From: Balanoglossus misakiensis
Lineage: Eukaryota; Animalia; Hemichordata
Reading direction: 5' to 3'
Assembly (NCBI GenBank): GCA_040954595.2
Contig: CM082580.2
Coordinates: 6,331,519 to 6,395,518, forward strand
Length of the DNA: 64,000 nucleotides
The position numbers and the translations under genes are program-made. Each line of letters begins with the position of its first letter. Position 1 is the first letter of the stretch. This document shows, piece by piece, positions 14,201 through 29,200 of this stretch. The notes beneath the pieces are model-generated. The model was not told the origin of the DNA and ran no database searches. It worked only from the letters and a program-made list of their open reading frames with translations.

Positions 14201-17200
14201 CTTGGGCATCTATTTTCATTTTCTTGGGATGTGCATTATTTAAGTTCTCAATGCAGGATCAATAAATATTCATAGCTGTTTGTCCGAGGGAAATAAAAAA
14301 AAAAACACAATTTTATTTATTGATTGATTAATCTCACCTTCTCAAGCAGGTAATTGTTGATGTGTCCTCCAATGGGATCTCCTTTGAAATCAAAATTGAT
14401 GTCCATGTACTTGCCGAATCGACTGGAGTTGTCGTTTCTGTTGGTCTTGGCGTTTCCAAAGGACTCGAGTATCACGTTGGAGTGCAGGAGAATGTTTTTG
14501 ACTCTGCCGAGAAAAGATACGAGCTGAATTAACCATTTTGTGTAGAGGTTTTGCAGATTCTTAGATGAAATCTCACTCAAGAGATCAAGGGAATTCTTCT
14601 CAACAGAGAATAGATGCCCATGGATAGCAAATTTCTGATATGAACTCACATACTTTCATAAGGAATTGTGGGCATATATTTTTGATAATACTGTACAATA
14701 TAGACACTTAAAAATTGATGCAAATTTCCTATAAATTGCAAACAAGACCTATCACAAAGATGCAGGTATATCAAATAAATGAACTATAAATAAAAACATT
14801 TTGAATATTCCGTTGGTGACCTTTTTAATTTTGTGAGGCTTGCAAAAAACAGATGTTAGGTATAATTTTGTCTTCTGGCAGTTTACCTTTCAATTTCTTG
14901 TCTGCCGTGGACATTTGTAACTGCGGCAATGTATCTCATGATGATCTTGGACGCCTCAGTCTTCCCTGAACCACTCTCTCCTGGAAACAAAACAAAATGA
15001 TGCAATTAGTAAACATGTCATTTTTCACCAAATTATTAACCTCACAACTTTTACCATGTTTTTCTTCTAAAATTTTGATCAAGATCTGCTGACAATGGAA
15101 AATTATGTCCATTTGGTCTAAAATTAAGGAGAAAAATAGGGGAAAATGTGTGAAAAGGATAAAAATGTTGCCTCATGTCTTGACAGAGAAAATATTGCAT
15201 GCAAAGGGCAAACCAATGTAGAAGGTCCTATTAACTGTATGACTGCTGATCATTGAGAGTCACAAGAAACAGCACTATTTATTTTTTATAAAACAGAGCA
15301 CCATTTGTGTAGCTCAAAATTCAGAAAATTATTTATGAGCAAAAAATCTACAGCTTGCAGTTCTGTACAACCAGATTAGTTTAAAATCCTACATCATTCC
15401 TTTTCTCATGACAATTTTGGATCATTGTTTACATTCTGAGCGTTCACCCAAACATCTGAATTTCTAGACACGCATACTGGTGATATTTATGTAGTTGTCA
15501 GAAACTGAATTGTCATTCACAATAGTCAATGCCTGTAATGAAAGGGGATTAACGAATATTACAGTTTGAATTTAAATCAGAACACACCTTGCTTTGAATT
15601 AGCTTTGAGACATGCTCTTGCTACCGAATGATGATATACATGTACTCGAGTGAACCCGGCTTTTCGTGTAATATTTTTAATATGATTTTCTATTACATTA
15701 CAATATGTCCTTTGAAACTTCAGTTAATCCTGTGTAAAATACAAGTAGATCACTAATTGTTATCACATGTGCATGTGATATGTATGCCAGAAATGTCACA
15801 TTTCTGTATGTCAACCTGGATCTGCAGGATTTGCATGGATACTAGTAAATCTGCTGATGAATTTGACAATTATCCAACTCTATGATGACTGACAGATAAT
15901 GCTAATGTACTAAATGGCAGTTTAATGGAACTGGTCTGGGTTATTAGTTTGTTATTACTGAATGAATGCTATAAGTACTTATTTCGCCTGGATTTGGCTG
16001 CTTATTGAACTGTTCTGGCAGATCAAATAATCGACTCCTTCTCGATCAAGAATTGGTTTTATCGGATATTTTCATTCAAATGGGCCGACTGCAATGATTT
16101 AAGAATCAATCAATCATCTGACATACAGCAACAGTTTCCTCCTTAACCAAACAAATGTAGCTAGTTACCATGGTAAGTTGAGATCTAGCCAATCACAGAT
16201 TTTCCACAGAACCATCACTCCACAGAGGAGATAAAAATTCAAGAGAAATTTACACAATTCAAACCAAAACTACAATCACTACATCTTCCAACATCTCCGC
16301 CTATCACAGTAAAAGACTACTACTTGATCAGGTTTTCCAAGACGACCAAACCCGACAAATTGACAACATCTCGAATAATAGCCAGCTAATTGGGTTTTTG
16401 AATCATCCGTTGCCATGGAAACCTTTCACAGATTTCTTCCCTCTCTAAACTTAAGTGCGTTTTCTTTTTACCTTGTTAAGGACTTCCTGCAGGCTTTCGA
16501 GAGAGAAAATTGAACTTCTTGCGTAATTCAGTGGCTTTCTAAGAACCATGCCATCAATTTGGATTCCCCGTTGGCCTGATTATAAAAACAGGCCTAACAT
16601 TTATAAAATTTACTAGCAAGGACTGTTATGTCTCTGTTGAAGGATCTAATGCACACACACAATGCCCAAATGTCTGAATACCAGTTGAATGGGTCTTATT
16701 GCTGCAGCAATATTCCATTACTGCATGTATAATGATAAAGATAATGAGTTTTTTTTTCTCTTAATTTCCAAGCTATATTTTATGACCAAAAAATTCACAA
16801 GGCAGAAAAGATATTGATTTTTATAATAAGATATGATTGAGTTTGAATTCAAAGGCACTGTCTGCAGACACATTAGTGAATCCTGTTAAAGTAGTACCTT
16901 AGGGTAAATATAATGTAATATGGGATGTGCGATTATCTCACATTTTAATTAGGTAAATTATAAAATTTATAACCATATCTTCCATAGAGTTTCAAGTGAT
17001 ACATAAATATTGTTCAAACATGTTCAACCTACAAACCACAGTCATTTGTAACATAATTTTTCTGTTGATGATGATGATGTTGCAAAAGCAAAAATGATAG
17101 AATGAAAGTGATCAGGATTATTTTAAAAGGTAAAAGTTAGAGTAAAAAAGAGAGTTCAGCTGAGTCTATTCTTTGGAAGTCAATGTCACAACAAACGTGA

Positions 17201-20200
17201 GAAAGGAGGGTCATTCACACCACGTTGCAAATCAAATTACTGCTGCATGTACATTCCTAGACAGGACACCTTGACTGGTTAATAACATGGCTGTAAATCT
17301 TTTGTAGGGTGACCGTCACACAAACTGTCCTTGTCTCCAAAAAGTCTAATGAATTTCCGTCAAGCGCTGTTGTCACTACATAATGGCAAGTACCTACCCC
17401 CCCCCCCCCCCCCCCCCCCATCCCCATCTCACACCAGCCACTTTGATTGCAAACACATCCCAGGACCTGATATATAAGACTGATGCAGACACAAAACACT
17501 TGCCAGTCAAGCTATTAACAGCCCATCTGGTTCAATGCAGCAATTAGGCTGACTAGACTTTTAAATTAATGAAACATTGTGAAGAGAAAAAAAACTCCTT
17601 TATACACAGCATAAAAGTTGCTACGGCAACCATCCCATAATCCATAACAGTCTGAGTATGACGAAGTGAAATATGACAGCGTTTCACAAAACAGAGTCAA
17701 TCAAGAGCCTGATGTGGCAAGGTTTTGCCGAAGACAGCAACCGTCAGAATTTTGGGCTGTCATCATTTTTTGGTAATATTTGCAGAACTTTTTGTTAATA
17801 TTTGCAGAACTTGATGAACCATACACACAGTGTGTGTGTGTGTGAGCAATTTGAGGTTTTTGGCTTTGTATTGGCCATACTTTTACAGAAGTAATGGACA
17901 ACAGAACTCCTCAGCATGTCACAAACTAGGCTGTCCCTGGGGATGGAATACCTCACATTAGAATGTCGGGTATTATAATAAAGGTCAATTCCAGGGATTT
18001 CACAAGGAAATCACACACGCAAACTTGATGGCAAATTCAGGGCTACAGTTGTATGTCACGAACAAACTGACAAATCAACCGATGTAATAGCCAAACACTG
18101 TCACACAAGATCGATTATTCAAGGAGTTGAAAATGGACAGCTCAAAATATTTAATGGTAATCTTGCTTTGCCTGTGGGTTGATATTAACTTTATTATCTT
18201 GTATTTCATTGTCACTGTTCATGTGTGTGTTTGCGTGCGCTTGGGGCGTGAACAAAAACGTTTTAAATTGCTACTAAAGAATTAATGATTTGTAACTATG
18301 AAGCTATGAATATGAAATGGTTTCTGTTAGGCAATTGGGACGATCAACCCCAGCAATTTCCATATCTACTAAATACCGAATAATACATGACGCGACGTCC
18401 ATTTTCTGGCTAGTTGCGATCAATGGGGAAATCCTACCGGTATTAACTTATATCACAGGCGTTTCTTATGAATTATGAATTTCTGCACTTTCTAGCACAA
18501 CAACGTACAATCTCCTCAACTTTTTATCATTTGGGGGATTTGAGAGTTAATTATGCCATGATGATTGACTCATGACATTAATGATGCAATTATTTTTTAT
18601 AAATGTCAATAAATGAAGTAGGTATGTGTACAAGTCGAATGGATAATCTAGGTGTTTGCGGAATCATGTCGTTCGGTTTCTAATTTACATAATTATATGC
18701 CCATTTATGGTGGTAAAAATGAAGATCATGAGATGGATGTGAAGCAGAGAAAAACTGCTGCTTGGTAGTTTGGTTGCTACCACTATTGCAAATGCCAGCA
18801 ACAAGAACATATTATGGCTCCCACTAGACAATTCGACAACAGATGCAGATAATGTAAATCTGACAAATGTCTGCCTGAACTGCCAGCTTGTGTCACAGAT
18901 GCATGTAACAGTACATGTATCACACAAACCAGCAAGGCAATTCAGGAATGGATATTCTGTTTTCTGATACAAAAATCGCAGTGTTTCTGCCACTGCGTTT
19001 GAAACTGAAACATTCAAGATCAAGGTCGTGATGTCTCACCCGATATGACAATGCAGGTGTCCTTGGCGCGTCGCTTCATCGTCTTGTACGCGGCGTCGGC
19101 GATCGCGAAGATGTGCGGCGGCCTCTCATAGATCTCCCGTCCTCTGTACTTGTCCACGAAATCTTCCCCATAGATCCGCAGGGTCTGGTACGGGTTGACA
19201 GAGACGCACACTTCTCCGATGTAAGTGTAGATCTTGCCCTTCTGGAATCTGAAAATAAAATTGCATGAAATTTGTGACTTTTTAGAGAGTGACTGTAAAC
19301 CCACATCTGCCAAGTTGAAAATGATGTGATAATACCCTGAATTGAATTCAAGTCCGGACTAAAATTCGTTCGTCAACAATAACAATGGCTGACTGTCATA
19401 CTTGCATACAAGCTTTATTGAGAAGACAAAAACTGACCGGTTCAACAAGCTATCCAGAGTAGAACAAGAAACCAGAGTTGATACGTAGGAGATAAATGTT
19501 GAAAAAAAATGGCCAAAGCTTAATTACTGGGGCTTTAAATTTTTGTGTTCACTTTATTACCACGTTTGATGATATTCTCTCCTGAACAAGCTGTGACAGA
19601 CTAAATCTTATTGTCGAGAATTTTATGAAGACAACATATCCCCAAGTTATCCCTTATTTACCTGCCAACCCTTTTATCTGTGATACCTCATATTAAATGC
19701 ATATATTCTTTACATCAGCCACTGCAGTCAAAGAAATCGTAATCTGTCTTATGCCATGTGATTACAGTTTGCTTTTAGTGTGTACAATGGTTGCTATTAA
19801 ACAGGGCATGACGGTTAAATCTTTTTTTTATTAACTGCTGCAAATAACATGGGCAGTTACACCAATACATGGATGTCTGTGTCATCTGTAACACAAGCGA
19901 AAATTGCTCTGTATTTTTTTATGTGGCAGGCTACGCCCTCATGACAGTGTGTGGCCAACAACCCAGATCTGGGCGCCACTGGGGAGCTACTGAACTTTGA
20001 CCGAGCGGATGACAGGTGGCATTTGTAAAATGACATCTGAGATATCAGTAGCTGCCAGGTGCCGTTATTTACACACACAACAGACCATCCTGCAGATTAC
20101 TGGGTTTGTGACCTCACTTAAGGTCGGAGGTCAACGACCAAATAAATATGTATCAAACCATCCCCCAATTAACCTCCACAACCTGTAGTGTAATGAGATG

Positions 20201-23200
20201 TTTTGAAGTTGAATACAGCTTTAAGACATTTCTTGACAAACCCAAAATGACGATGAAAAACGAGATATATTGAGGTTTACATCTTTGGAGAAGTTTGACA
20301 GCTATAGTTTATATTTACAGTTTTTAATGCTATCTATCTGGCGCACAACCTATCAGTGTTTCCATGGCAACAGTCAGGACTAGATAACATCATAAATGAT
20401 AAAAAAGACACAAAAATAGAGTCCCTCTTGCCACTTGCAAAGGGAAATTTAAAAGAAGCATAAAGGTAACAAAACATCACAATGTTCCAGTACAGTCAGC
20501 CGTACAAGTGCCACCAGACATTTTGGTCTAAAAATTAACAAACAGAATATAAACCAGCCAATTCATCTTCATAAAAAGTTATCTAGCACATTATTTATAC
20601 AACATTTAGGAAATTTCCTCCTCCCATCTTCACATGGTCAAATAAAACACAACTATTTGTTGTCTGTGTAAATGAACGCCTCATTAATGTTCAACCAAAG
20701 ATGAGCAGGTTGCTAAGTGAACCTGTACACGTGGAATATTTCAACGACCGACCGCAAATTTGAAACAAACTCTTGTCTGTACTTGTTGATATTTCAAAAA
20801 ACATTTTGCAATCGATAAGTTTACACCCTAGCCAAAAAATATGACTCAAATTATTTTATATCCTCCACACCTTAGCTATCTATAGCTAAAAATATAAAAT
20901 AATTTAAACAACTTTTCAACAGAAATGCATTTCTGTTGAAAAGTTGTTCAATAGATTTTGGCCAAAACTCAATCAGTTAATCTATAGCTGTGAAGAAAGG
21001 AAACATGATCGAACCGTCAAATGACTGAACTCTTTCAGTGACATAACATATCCGTCCATTATCTGCTTTAATTGACCGAATCAACTTCCTTCCCAATATA
21101 GGAAGTCTGGCCTTATAAAAGCTCTTTCCATACACTGTAAATGGTCTACTTAGCAACTTCCCAGGATTCAATTACTCAAACCAGGACCTTCCTCAATGCT
21201 CCTGAATTCAGACTGCATACAATGCCTGCATTTTCAAACAATTTTGGTCAAAATTTAAAAACCTGGAGTTTGGAATAATTAGATTCATTGATGGCAGCTG
21301 CGGAAATGCCATTGTATCTATTGACAAGAAAATTATATTTATCTGAGAGTAGCCTTCATAATCCATTTGAGAACCATGTGATCAAGATGCCAATGGAGAT
21401 ACGATTTCAATAAAGGTTTTTTGATTTACTTTCTGTCTGGGACATGGGCACAGCTAAAAATCCTTGGGGGGGGGGGGTAGAATTGGTCACTGCCAGTGTC
21501 CACACTTGCTCAAGGAAATCTGAGCCAGCAATAGGATACCATTTGTCAAGTCTTCTCTCTGCTCAAAAATCAACAATGAGCATTCCAATTGGGACTAGGG
21601 ACATGCATTGCAGGCCACACTACCATTTTATGCAGATCAAATTTAAGGCCAAATCAGTCCCCCACCCCCAAAACTTTCAACCCCATTGTCTGCCCTGGTC
21701 TGACAGATTGTCCACTACCGGTACACCAGGCGACCATACATACAACTGTCCAGTATGAAGCCCACGTGAGACACGTTACTGACCCGTACAGAACAATTAC
21801 AACCGAGTTCCACTATAATCAGGAACTGGTTAAACTACGGTCACTTCACGCAGGTCTATTGATTTTTGTCTGATCCCAAAACAATCCAACTGTATTATCT
21901 CTCAACAAGTGCCTGTGATTGCGTTTACTGTTTAACACAGAGACAAATATTAAAAGTTACTAACTCAACCAATATTGATTCTAGGACAGACGGCACAATT
22001 GTAACATGTGGACCACACCCAACCCGGTCAAGGCAAAACTGTTCCATTAGGTTCAAGAGGCAGGCAATTGTCTGAATCAATTTATTCATATTTTGGCTGC
22101 CATCTTGAATTCATGAAAATGCTGGTTTTAAAAAAAAATATTATCAGTTCTGAAAGTAGGACTGCAGTACTGTGATACATGAAGGTATACTCGGTAGCTC
22201 CCTCCCGGCTATTTCTGATCTGTTTAATAACAAAGTTGCAAATCAGATTTGTAAATAATTCAAAGTAGTGTACCCTCCCCCATGCCATTTTTCACCTCTG
22301 GGACAAATTCCAGAACTAACGTTTCCAGGATATTCCCAGAGCATGCATGCAAACCCCGCAGTTTAAAATTTAAACATGAGGTACGTCCTTATGTGACAGA
22401 CTAAACAACGAATCAGGAGGATTTCCAGAAGTCAAAACAGTGGTTGGACAGTTTTACAAACGAGTGCAACAACTGATAAATGGGTGATGATATATTTATA
22501 AATCACCAATCATACATGTGCTAATATTCATAACTTTTTTCTAGTGATTTACGAGCACTAGTGACACACTGACAGTACATTGAACTATATATAGAGTGAC
22601 AAATATGAAAATGATAGCAAATTTAATTTATTTGAATTTCTTTGTATACCAGCACAGAATGCTTGGAGTCTATTGCAAACAATGCAGTGTTTACAAGTGA
22701 CACACACTGGGTCCAAGCAGGTATGTATACAGGTCACAAAAATGCAAACTTGGGACCATGTAAAAGTGGGAGTCCCAGTTGACCAAAAATTCCATCTGGA
22801 ATTACATGTAGTCCAAGTTCACATTGTTAGGACCCACACATTACACCTCCTGAGCATTCCATTAAGATTCCAATACATCCATTCTCACGAGCAACTCTGA
22901 AACCGTTGCCGTAAAGAGGTCATGATTTGCGACGATGTACGATTCGTACCCAATGCAGTCTAGTTTTATTGATATTAAATTGACCATAAAACTACCAATT
23001 TCAATCCAGTATTTCAGGAAAGTGAAAGCTATAAAAGGTTTATGAGAACATTCACTCCAAGAATGTAGCTGTCAAATTGTCAAGTCGTTTCTCAACTAGC
23101 CCACAAGTGTATTATCTAGTATGTCTGTTCTCATGCAGGCCTAGGTCTATATGCATATTTGCATATCTCCCAATAAATCTTCACTCTCAATTTGCTGCAG

Positions 23201-26200
23201 TTATTTTTCTGAATCTCCCTTTCATAAGAAACATTTCCCCCCCTTGTCACAGCACACTTGTGTGGTGTCAGGATTTTGTCACAATTCAATTGCCACCTTC
23301 TCAGCTACTGTGCAAAGCCCTTCACCGCCATGGTACTGTCCAAACCCATTGTTTTCTATAGTAAGTTTGGACCTCTGGTACATGTACTAGTCACTTTGCT
23401 AATCCATCATACAAGTACATGTCCGATTTAATGTACCATGCTTACAACGAGATCTTAGAGATATTCACCAGTTCACCATTTTAATACAAGTGAGATTGGG
23501 TTTACTTGCTCGCACCAGTTACTTGACCTGTGACAAAACAGTTAAGTTGTACCCTGTTACCATGACAACCTATTTGTTCCTTTGACAAAAGCGCAGAACA
23601 CCAGGAAGTGTGGGGGCCATTCAGTTCTTTCTGTCTGACCTTAATTTCTCTTTTCCACTTTACACAAAGAACCAGGAGTGGCTCAACTTGGTTTCCGGGT
23701 TTGAAACAAATATACCCTTTTAGGTGTGGAGTCATAAAAACAATTATCAAGAATATACTGGGCTAATATCACGAAGCCAAAATAACTGGACTTCTTGTCA
23801 AACACATAATGAACTATATTGAAGTCGATGGACAATTTTGCCTCAAAACATTCACATCTGGGCTGATTTTGACACTTTCAGATATTAGGCATTTGGTTAT
23901 GTATATGTAAAGTAGAGTGGGCACCAAAATTTTTTTAAATATTGACGTAAAGTTAGTAATTGTACACGTCTTAACTCCAAGAAATGTAAAGATTTGGCCT
24001 GCATCATATTTAACACCTCTGTAATCCCACAGAGCCAGACACATTGGAAAGATATAGACTCTGGGCTAAATTCTTCAGATGCATCTGAGTTCATAAACTA
24101 GAGCATAGTACAGGCTTTATAAGTTCTGTTATACTCTTCATCCCTAACCAGACGAGCCACTGATAAATTTGAGATCTGAAATGCTTCATGTACTCTGTCA
24201 ATCCACACAATGCCAGTGGGCATCTCCCAGAGTGTTAATAACAGAATAATGATGTCTCTATTCAGACCGAATTGCTAGAAATCTGCTTTCAGCTGCCATT
24301 TAGCTGAAAGTGCGAGCACAATATGTGTAATTTCAGACACACTATATGCCTCAGGGAAGCACTATGGTGTGTACAATGTCTGTCAGCAGATCAAATACTT
24401 TTGGGTGTAAAATCCAGATACTATTTTATTATACAGCTCACACACCACGGAATATCTTCAAATGCTGAGTAAAAAATTTCCAGAAATTTCACACATCTAC
24501 TATAACCTGTGGTGCTGACCATGCAAAATTCATCAAATTACTGGATTATGTACAGCACAACAGCTGTTTGATATAAATAACTGTTATACAACAATAATTC
24601 TACGAATACCGAAAGCATGTGATTTATACACGTACTGTAACAAACCAGTTGTGTGGAGATGTTAGTATGGCACTGGTACATTAATACACACACAGTGAGT
24701 CATTTATATTACCATACAAAGAATCAGCTGGTGGCTGCCAGCAGGTTTGTTGTTAATAATAGTTGCAAGGTTCATCATTTTTGTTATGAATTTAGCTTGC
24801 TTTAAATGTTATGATGGAAAGCTGTAACCAGCTAGGTTTTCACATCAGCATGCCCTGGCGAACACCCAGGCACATGTTAGTTTTTCACGTCATGGACATC
24901 TGAAGTATCAAGTCCTGAATGTATGGATATAAAACACAGCGGAGGCATAATTGGTACCTGCGGGGATCAATTTGTTCTACATTTTAGATTGCAAAACAAC
25001 TACAAAAGAGATTACATCACAATCATTCTGTCATTCATTTTCAATAAAATTATAAAGCCAAGTATTGCACATGTTTAATTGGCAGTTAGCTAATGCTGCT
25101 GAAACCCAGGCTTTCAAATATCAACAAATGATGGGGATTTTGCCTTGAAATTCTATCAGTATTCTGCCCTACCAGTATATGAACTCCAAATATTAATGTC
25201 AACGTAACGCTTGGAAGCAACAGTTCATGAATAGAACAACCTGTTGGCTTTTTATAGCACACAATTTGTAGGGGTATGCAAAATCATTAACCAGTAAATG
25301 TTAATGGTCTGTGGCAATATGGCAATTACCATAATTACCAGAGACATGCACAGTACAGTATAATAGTAGAAAATTCATTAAACCGCAGACCCTTGTTTCT
25401 TGAGTGTCTATATTTACCTGCTCCTTGAAAGGATAGGGTCATTGCCTGTTTCTGTTTGGGTCTAAATATTGAATTGAGTAATTGGCTAGCTGACATACAT
25501 GTACAGAACATGTATGGTTTCTGTTGTGGTTTCCGATACAGTTTCTATGAAACAACCTCAGTATGTGTGTACCAGTATGTATGAAAGCAATTTCTGATGC
25601 AAGCATTTTAATAGTCATCATCTTTACCAGACACAAAACTGCCCTATACATGTTACAGAGGAAATTATGGGAGCACAAATTATGGCCCTAACAACAACAT
25701 GCTCCCAGAATTCCCCGAATATATCATACAGCTCTAGATCAGACAAGTTCTAGCACTCATTAACCGTAGGGGACTTTTACTGAAAACCCCCATACTTAAA
25801 TAAACATGACAGGTGCCGAAACTGAGGTGACAATCATCAATGGGGGGGGGGGGGGACTTTGCACCCCCATTGTGTGAGAGGGAGTTACATCAGTACCCCA
25901 GGGAGGGGATGACATCATTTTGAAATCCACCATCAGTGTATTGTCTGGGACCAACACGGTTGGAAGGTTCATGCTGCCATGGCAACTGGAGTGTCATGAA
26001 GGGTGTGCAACATTGGACAACGTTTATTGAAAAAAAACTGAACAGAATTATGCATGATGGTACAGTGAAACTACATATACATGTATAATAGTCATACAAA
26101 CAATAGAAGCTTTACACATCAGGTTGCAATGCAGGGATGACTGTTCAACCTCCACTATAGGAGTGATGTCAGTCATGGTGATACTAATTCCAAGATGCCC

Positions 26201-29200
26201 TTCTAGACTGCTTTCAGAATGCACTGGGAAAGGTTGACCTCGTCTCCAGGTCACAGATACAAATTCCACGCTCCAGAATTCCGGCCTGTGTACTGCACTT
26301 TGGTTGACCTTGTACATGTATTTTGCACCTAGTGGGACTTTTAAAGGTATATTTTATCAACTCATTCAAGCCCTGATACCCATAGTGTATGGTCTAATGC
26401 AGACTGGTATTGTACTTGATTTCCACACCCAATAAAAGTCTCACTGAACAATTTACATTATAAATCACTTTTCGTGCTGAGTGACTTTGCGAGTCATTTC
26501 GACTCCCGGCTGGATGAACATTTATTGGGGGGCTGTTTAACAGCCTTGTTAAAGTCAACTTTAATCAGATCAGTCCAATATAACATTTGGTGCTTTACTG
26601 TTAATATTAAAACGACATTGACCTAACCCACGGCTATAGCTAGCGTCTCACTATGCAAGTAGCATCAGAAATTAGGAGTCTTGACTGCTCATATTTCACA
26701 GAATATTGTCCTATGAAATAACAAAATATATTTCAATTAATTTCGGAAAAAAATCCGGCAAAAATGTTATATCAATGATAATTTTTGTTTGTGTATGTAT
26801 GATGAAATTCATATATACAACTGAATTCAACTGCCAAACCAAATGTGGGTACACTGAAAATCAAAACTTGCACAAGAACATCTGCTCTACAATATAACGT
26901 TCAAACAAAAAGTTTGTCTTCAAATATATATAGTTTGTATGTTTCCTAACAGACTATGTTTACACTCAACCAACACTTGTTGTAGGCAAAATACACTAGT
27001 TAGTTATTATCTATAGTGTCATGAAATACAGAGGTCATCTGACTGTATTCTGAGCACAGGTATGTGTACAATGACCCCCTCCTATTTTTTAAATATAATT
27101 TTGCATTGGGATGTTGTCACAAAACATGTGTATACACTCTATGTAACTTATAATTGGTTTAGAAGTTAGAATTAAGAAATTGAGTATACATTCAGATATC
27201 TCATTCTCAGGCATGGCATATTGAAATCAGTGGTGGTTATTATTATTTTCATAAAGACAAGTGCAACATATTGAATTCATTATGATCTCACTCTCAGGAA
27301 GCTTAGCCATGGACTTAAAGTCCAAAATGTTCACACATCAAAAATAGTTGTCGGGTGAAAATTTGTATTAGTCTGAGATATTTTTATCAATGGACTCCAC
27401 CCTTTTTCTAGGCTTAGGTAAGTGATATCCAAACACGTCTGATGAGTCACCATCAACCGGACTCAGAGAGATACCAGGTCCAAGTCAGATTATGTGAATG
27501 CAGGCAGACTTATTTTAGTATGCGTGTGCAGCTGTGATATCATGAAGGTAATAGAAATACCCTTAGGTTTTTTGCCAAATCAGGACTAGATTTTTTATTG
27601 TGGATGTTGTAAAGTTCAAATATATATAGCTTATGAACAGGATGAATGCCATGTTGTTTGAATAGTTTGACTATTTTTTTTCTGGTGTTTTCTTTATAAT
27701 TTTTATCAGATATTTATAGGCTTTGAAAACTGTGCCACTGTTTAGCATCCGGGTACATTTGTATACGTGATCGAAAAGTAAACGCATTCTCCCATTTATC
27801 ATTTACACACAATACAAAAATAGTCAGAAGTAAAATCCAGATATTTTAGTACAAGTACCATTATAAATTCATATAAACAGGATCTGGATGTCCTTCACGC
27901 TTTTCGTCCAGGACTGTCCACTAGAAATATGGGCAAAGGTAATTTTTTAACAGGGCCAATTAGAATGTAATATATTTCGGATATGGCAATTATATACTAC
28001 AAATAAAATACTGAGACTTCCCAGAACCACTTAACCATGGATTTGTACGGATCAAGACGTCATTTACTGTGGTGCATTGGTGTACTTGTACCTACTTTCA
28101 ATAACTAAAAATAATTTGATTTCAGTTGTACCAATGAATTGGCAAGGTTGCCTGATCTGCTCCAGTACTGTTTGTCTGTTTGTTGAGTGATGTAATGGTC
28201 ATGTCTAGCCCTGATAAGAAGTGGAGGGTGTGAAACCATTGCCATCCACCACCAGTAAGAACCAAATTTTCCCAAAAATCTGTCACGTGTCTGTACCTTG
28301 AATTGGTAGCTGAGTGATGTACATTCATGAGAGTATGCCTCTATTTAGCATGGTCCGATCATTGTGGCATTGGGTTTTTACATTCTATTGTCTTTAAACT
28401 GCAAACAAAGTCATGAGATTTTGGTGCTTGTTTTGATTGAAACTGAGCATGACCTCACATCCAAATATAATACACTCCCAAGAACAGTGTCAATACACCT
28501 GTGCAAAAGGTGCCAATTCAAAGCATTTGTGAAACCAAACTACAGACTGAAATACACATGAACTACATGTACAGGTGACAGTGCTTCTATTTTGGGCTTC
28601 ACGTTGCCTAATATTATTTCAGCCAATAATTGTTAAACAGTGCACTCCAGATACAGCTAGCTGCCTGGCAGCATCACACATCTTCAGACCACCTTTCTAG
28701 AACTTGGGCTTGCATGCGGTGCACAAGGTGATTTCTGATTTTAATGTTGCTGTATCTCTGCATGATTGGGCTTCTATATGTCTACAACCTTCCACTTCTG
28801 ATCTAGGTATTGTGTTAATTTTTATTTTCTCCCACTTCCGAACACACACACACAAACCCTCCCACTCACTTCCAGTATGATGAAATCACTTCCTATCTCA
28901 AATTAGCATCAGCATACAATGTATATTCTCGTATCACCTCAGTTTAGGACAGTAGCGGCAACTCCCGATAAAACTGTCCCCAATTTCGCTCTGCTCATCA
29001 CCTGCAGAATTTTCTAATTACATGTATACTCTCCAAATAAGCTGGAAAAATCATACAAAATGTACTTTAATCAAATTAATGTTGTATACACACAACCACT
29101 CTGGATGCTGAAATTGCATGCATTTTCATCCATTTACTACATTAATTCACATTGCAATACAGACATGCAGTGTTAAAGAGCCAGATGCAGTGTGTTTTAA

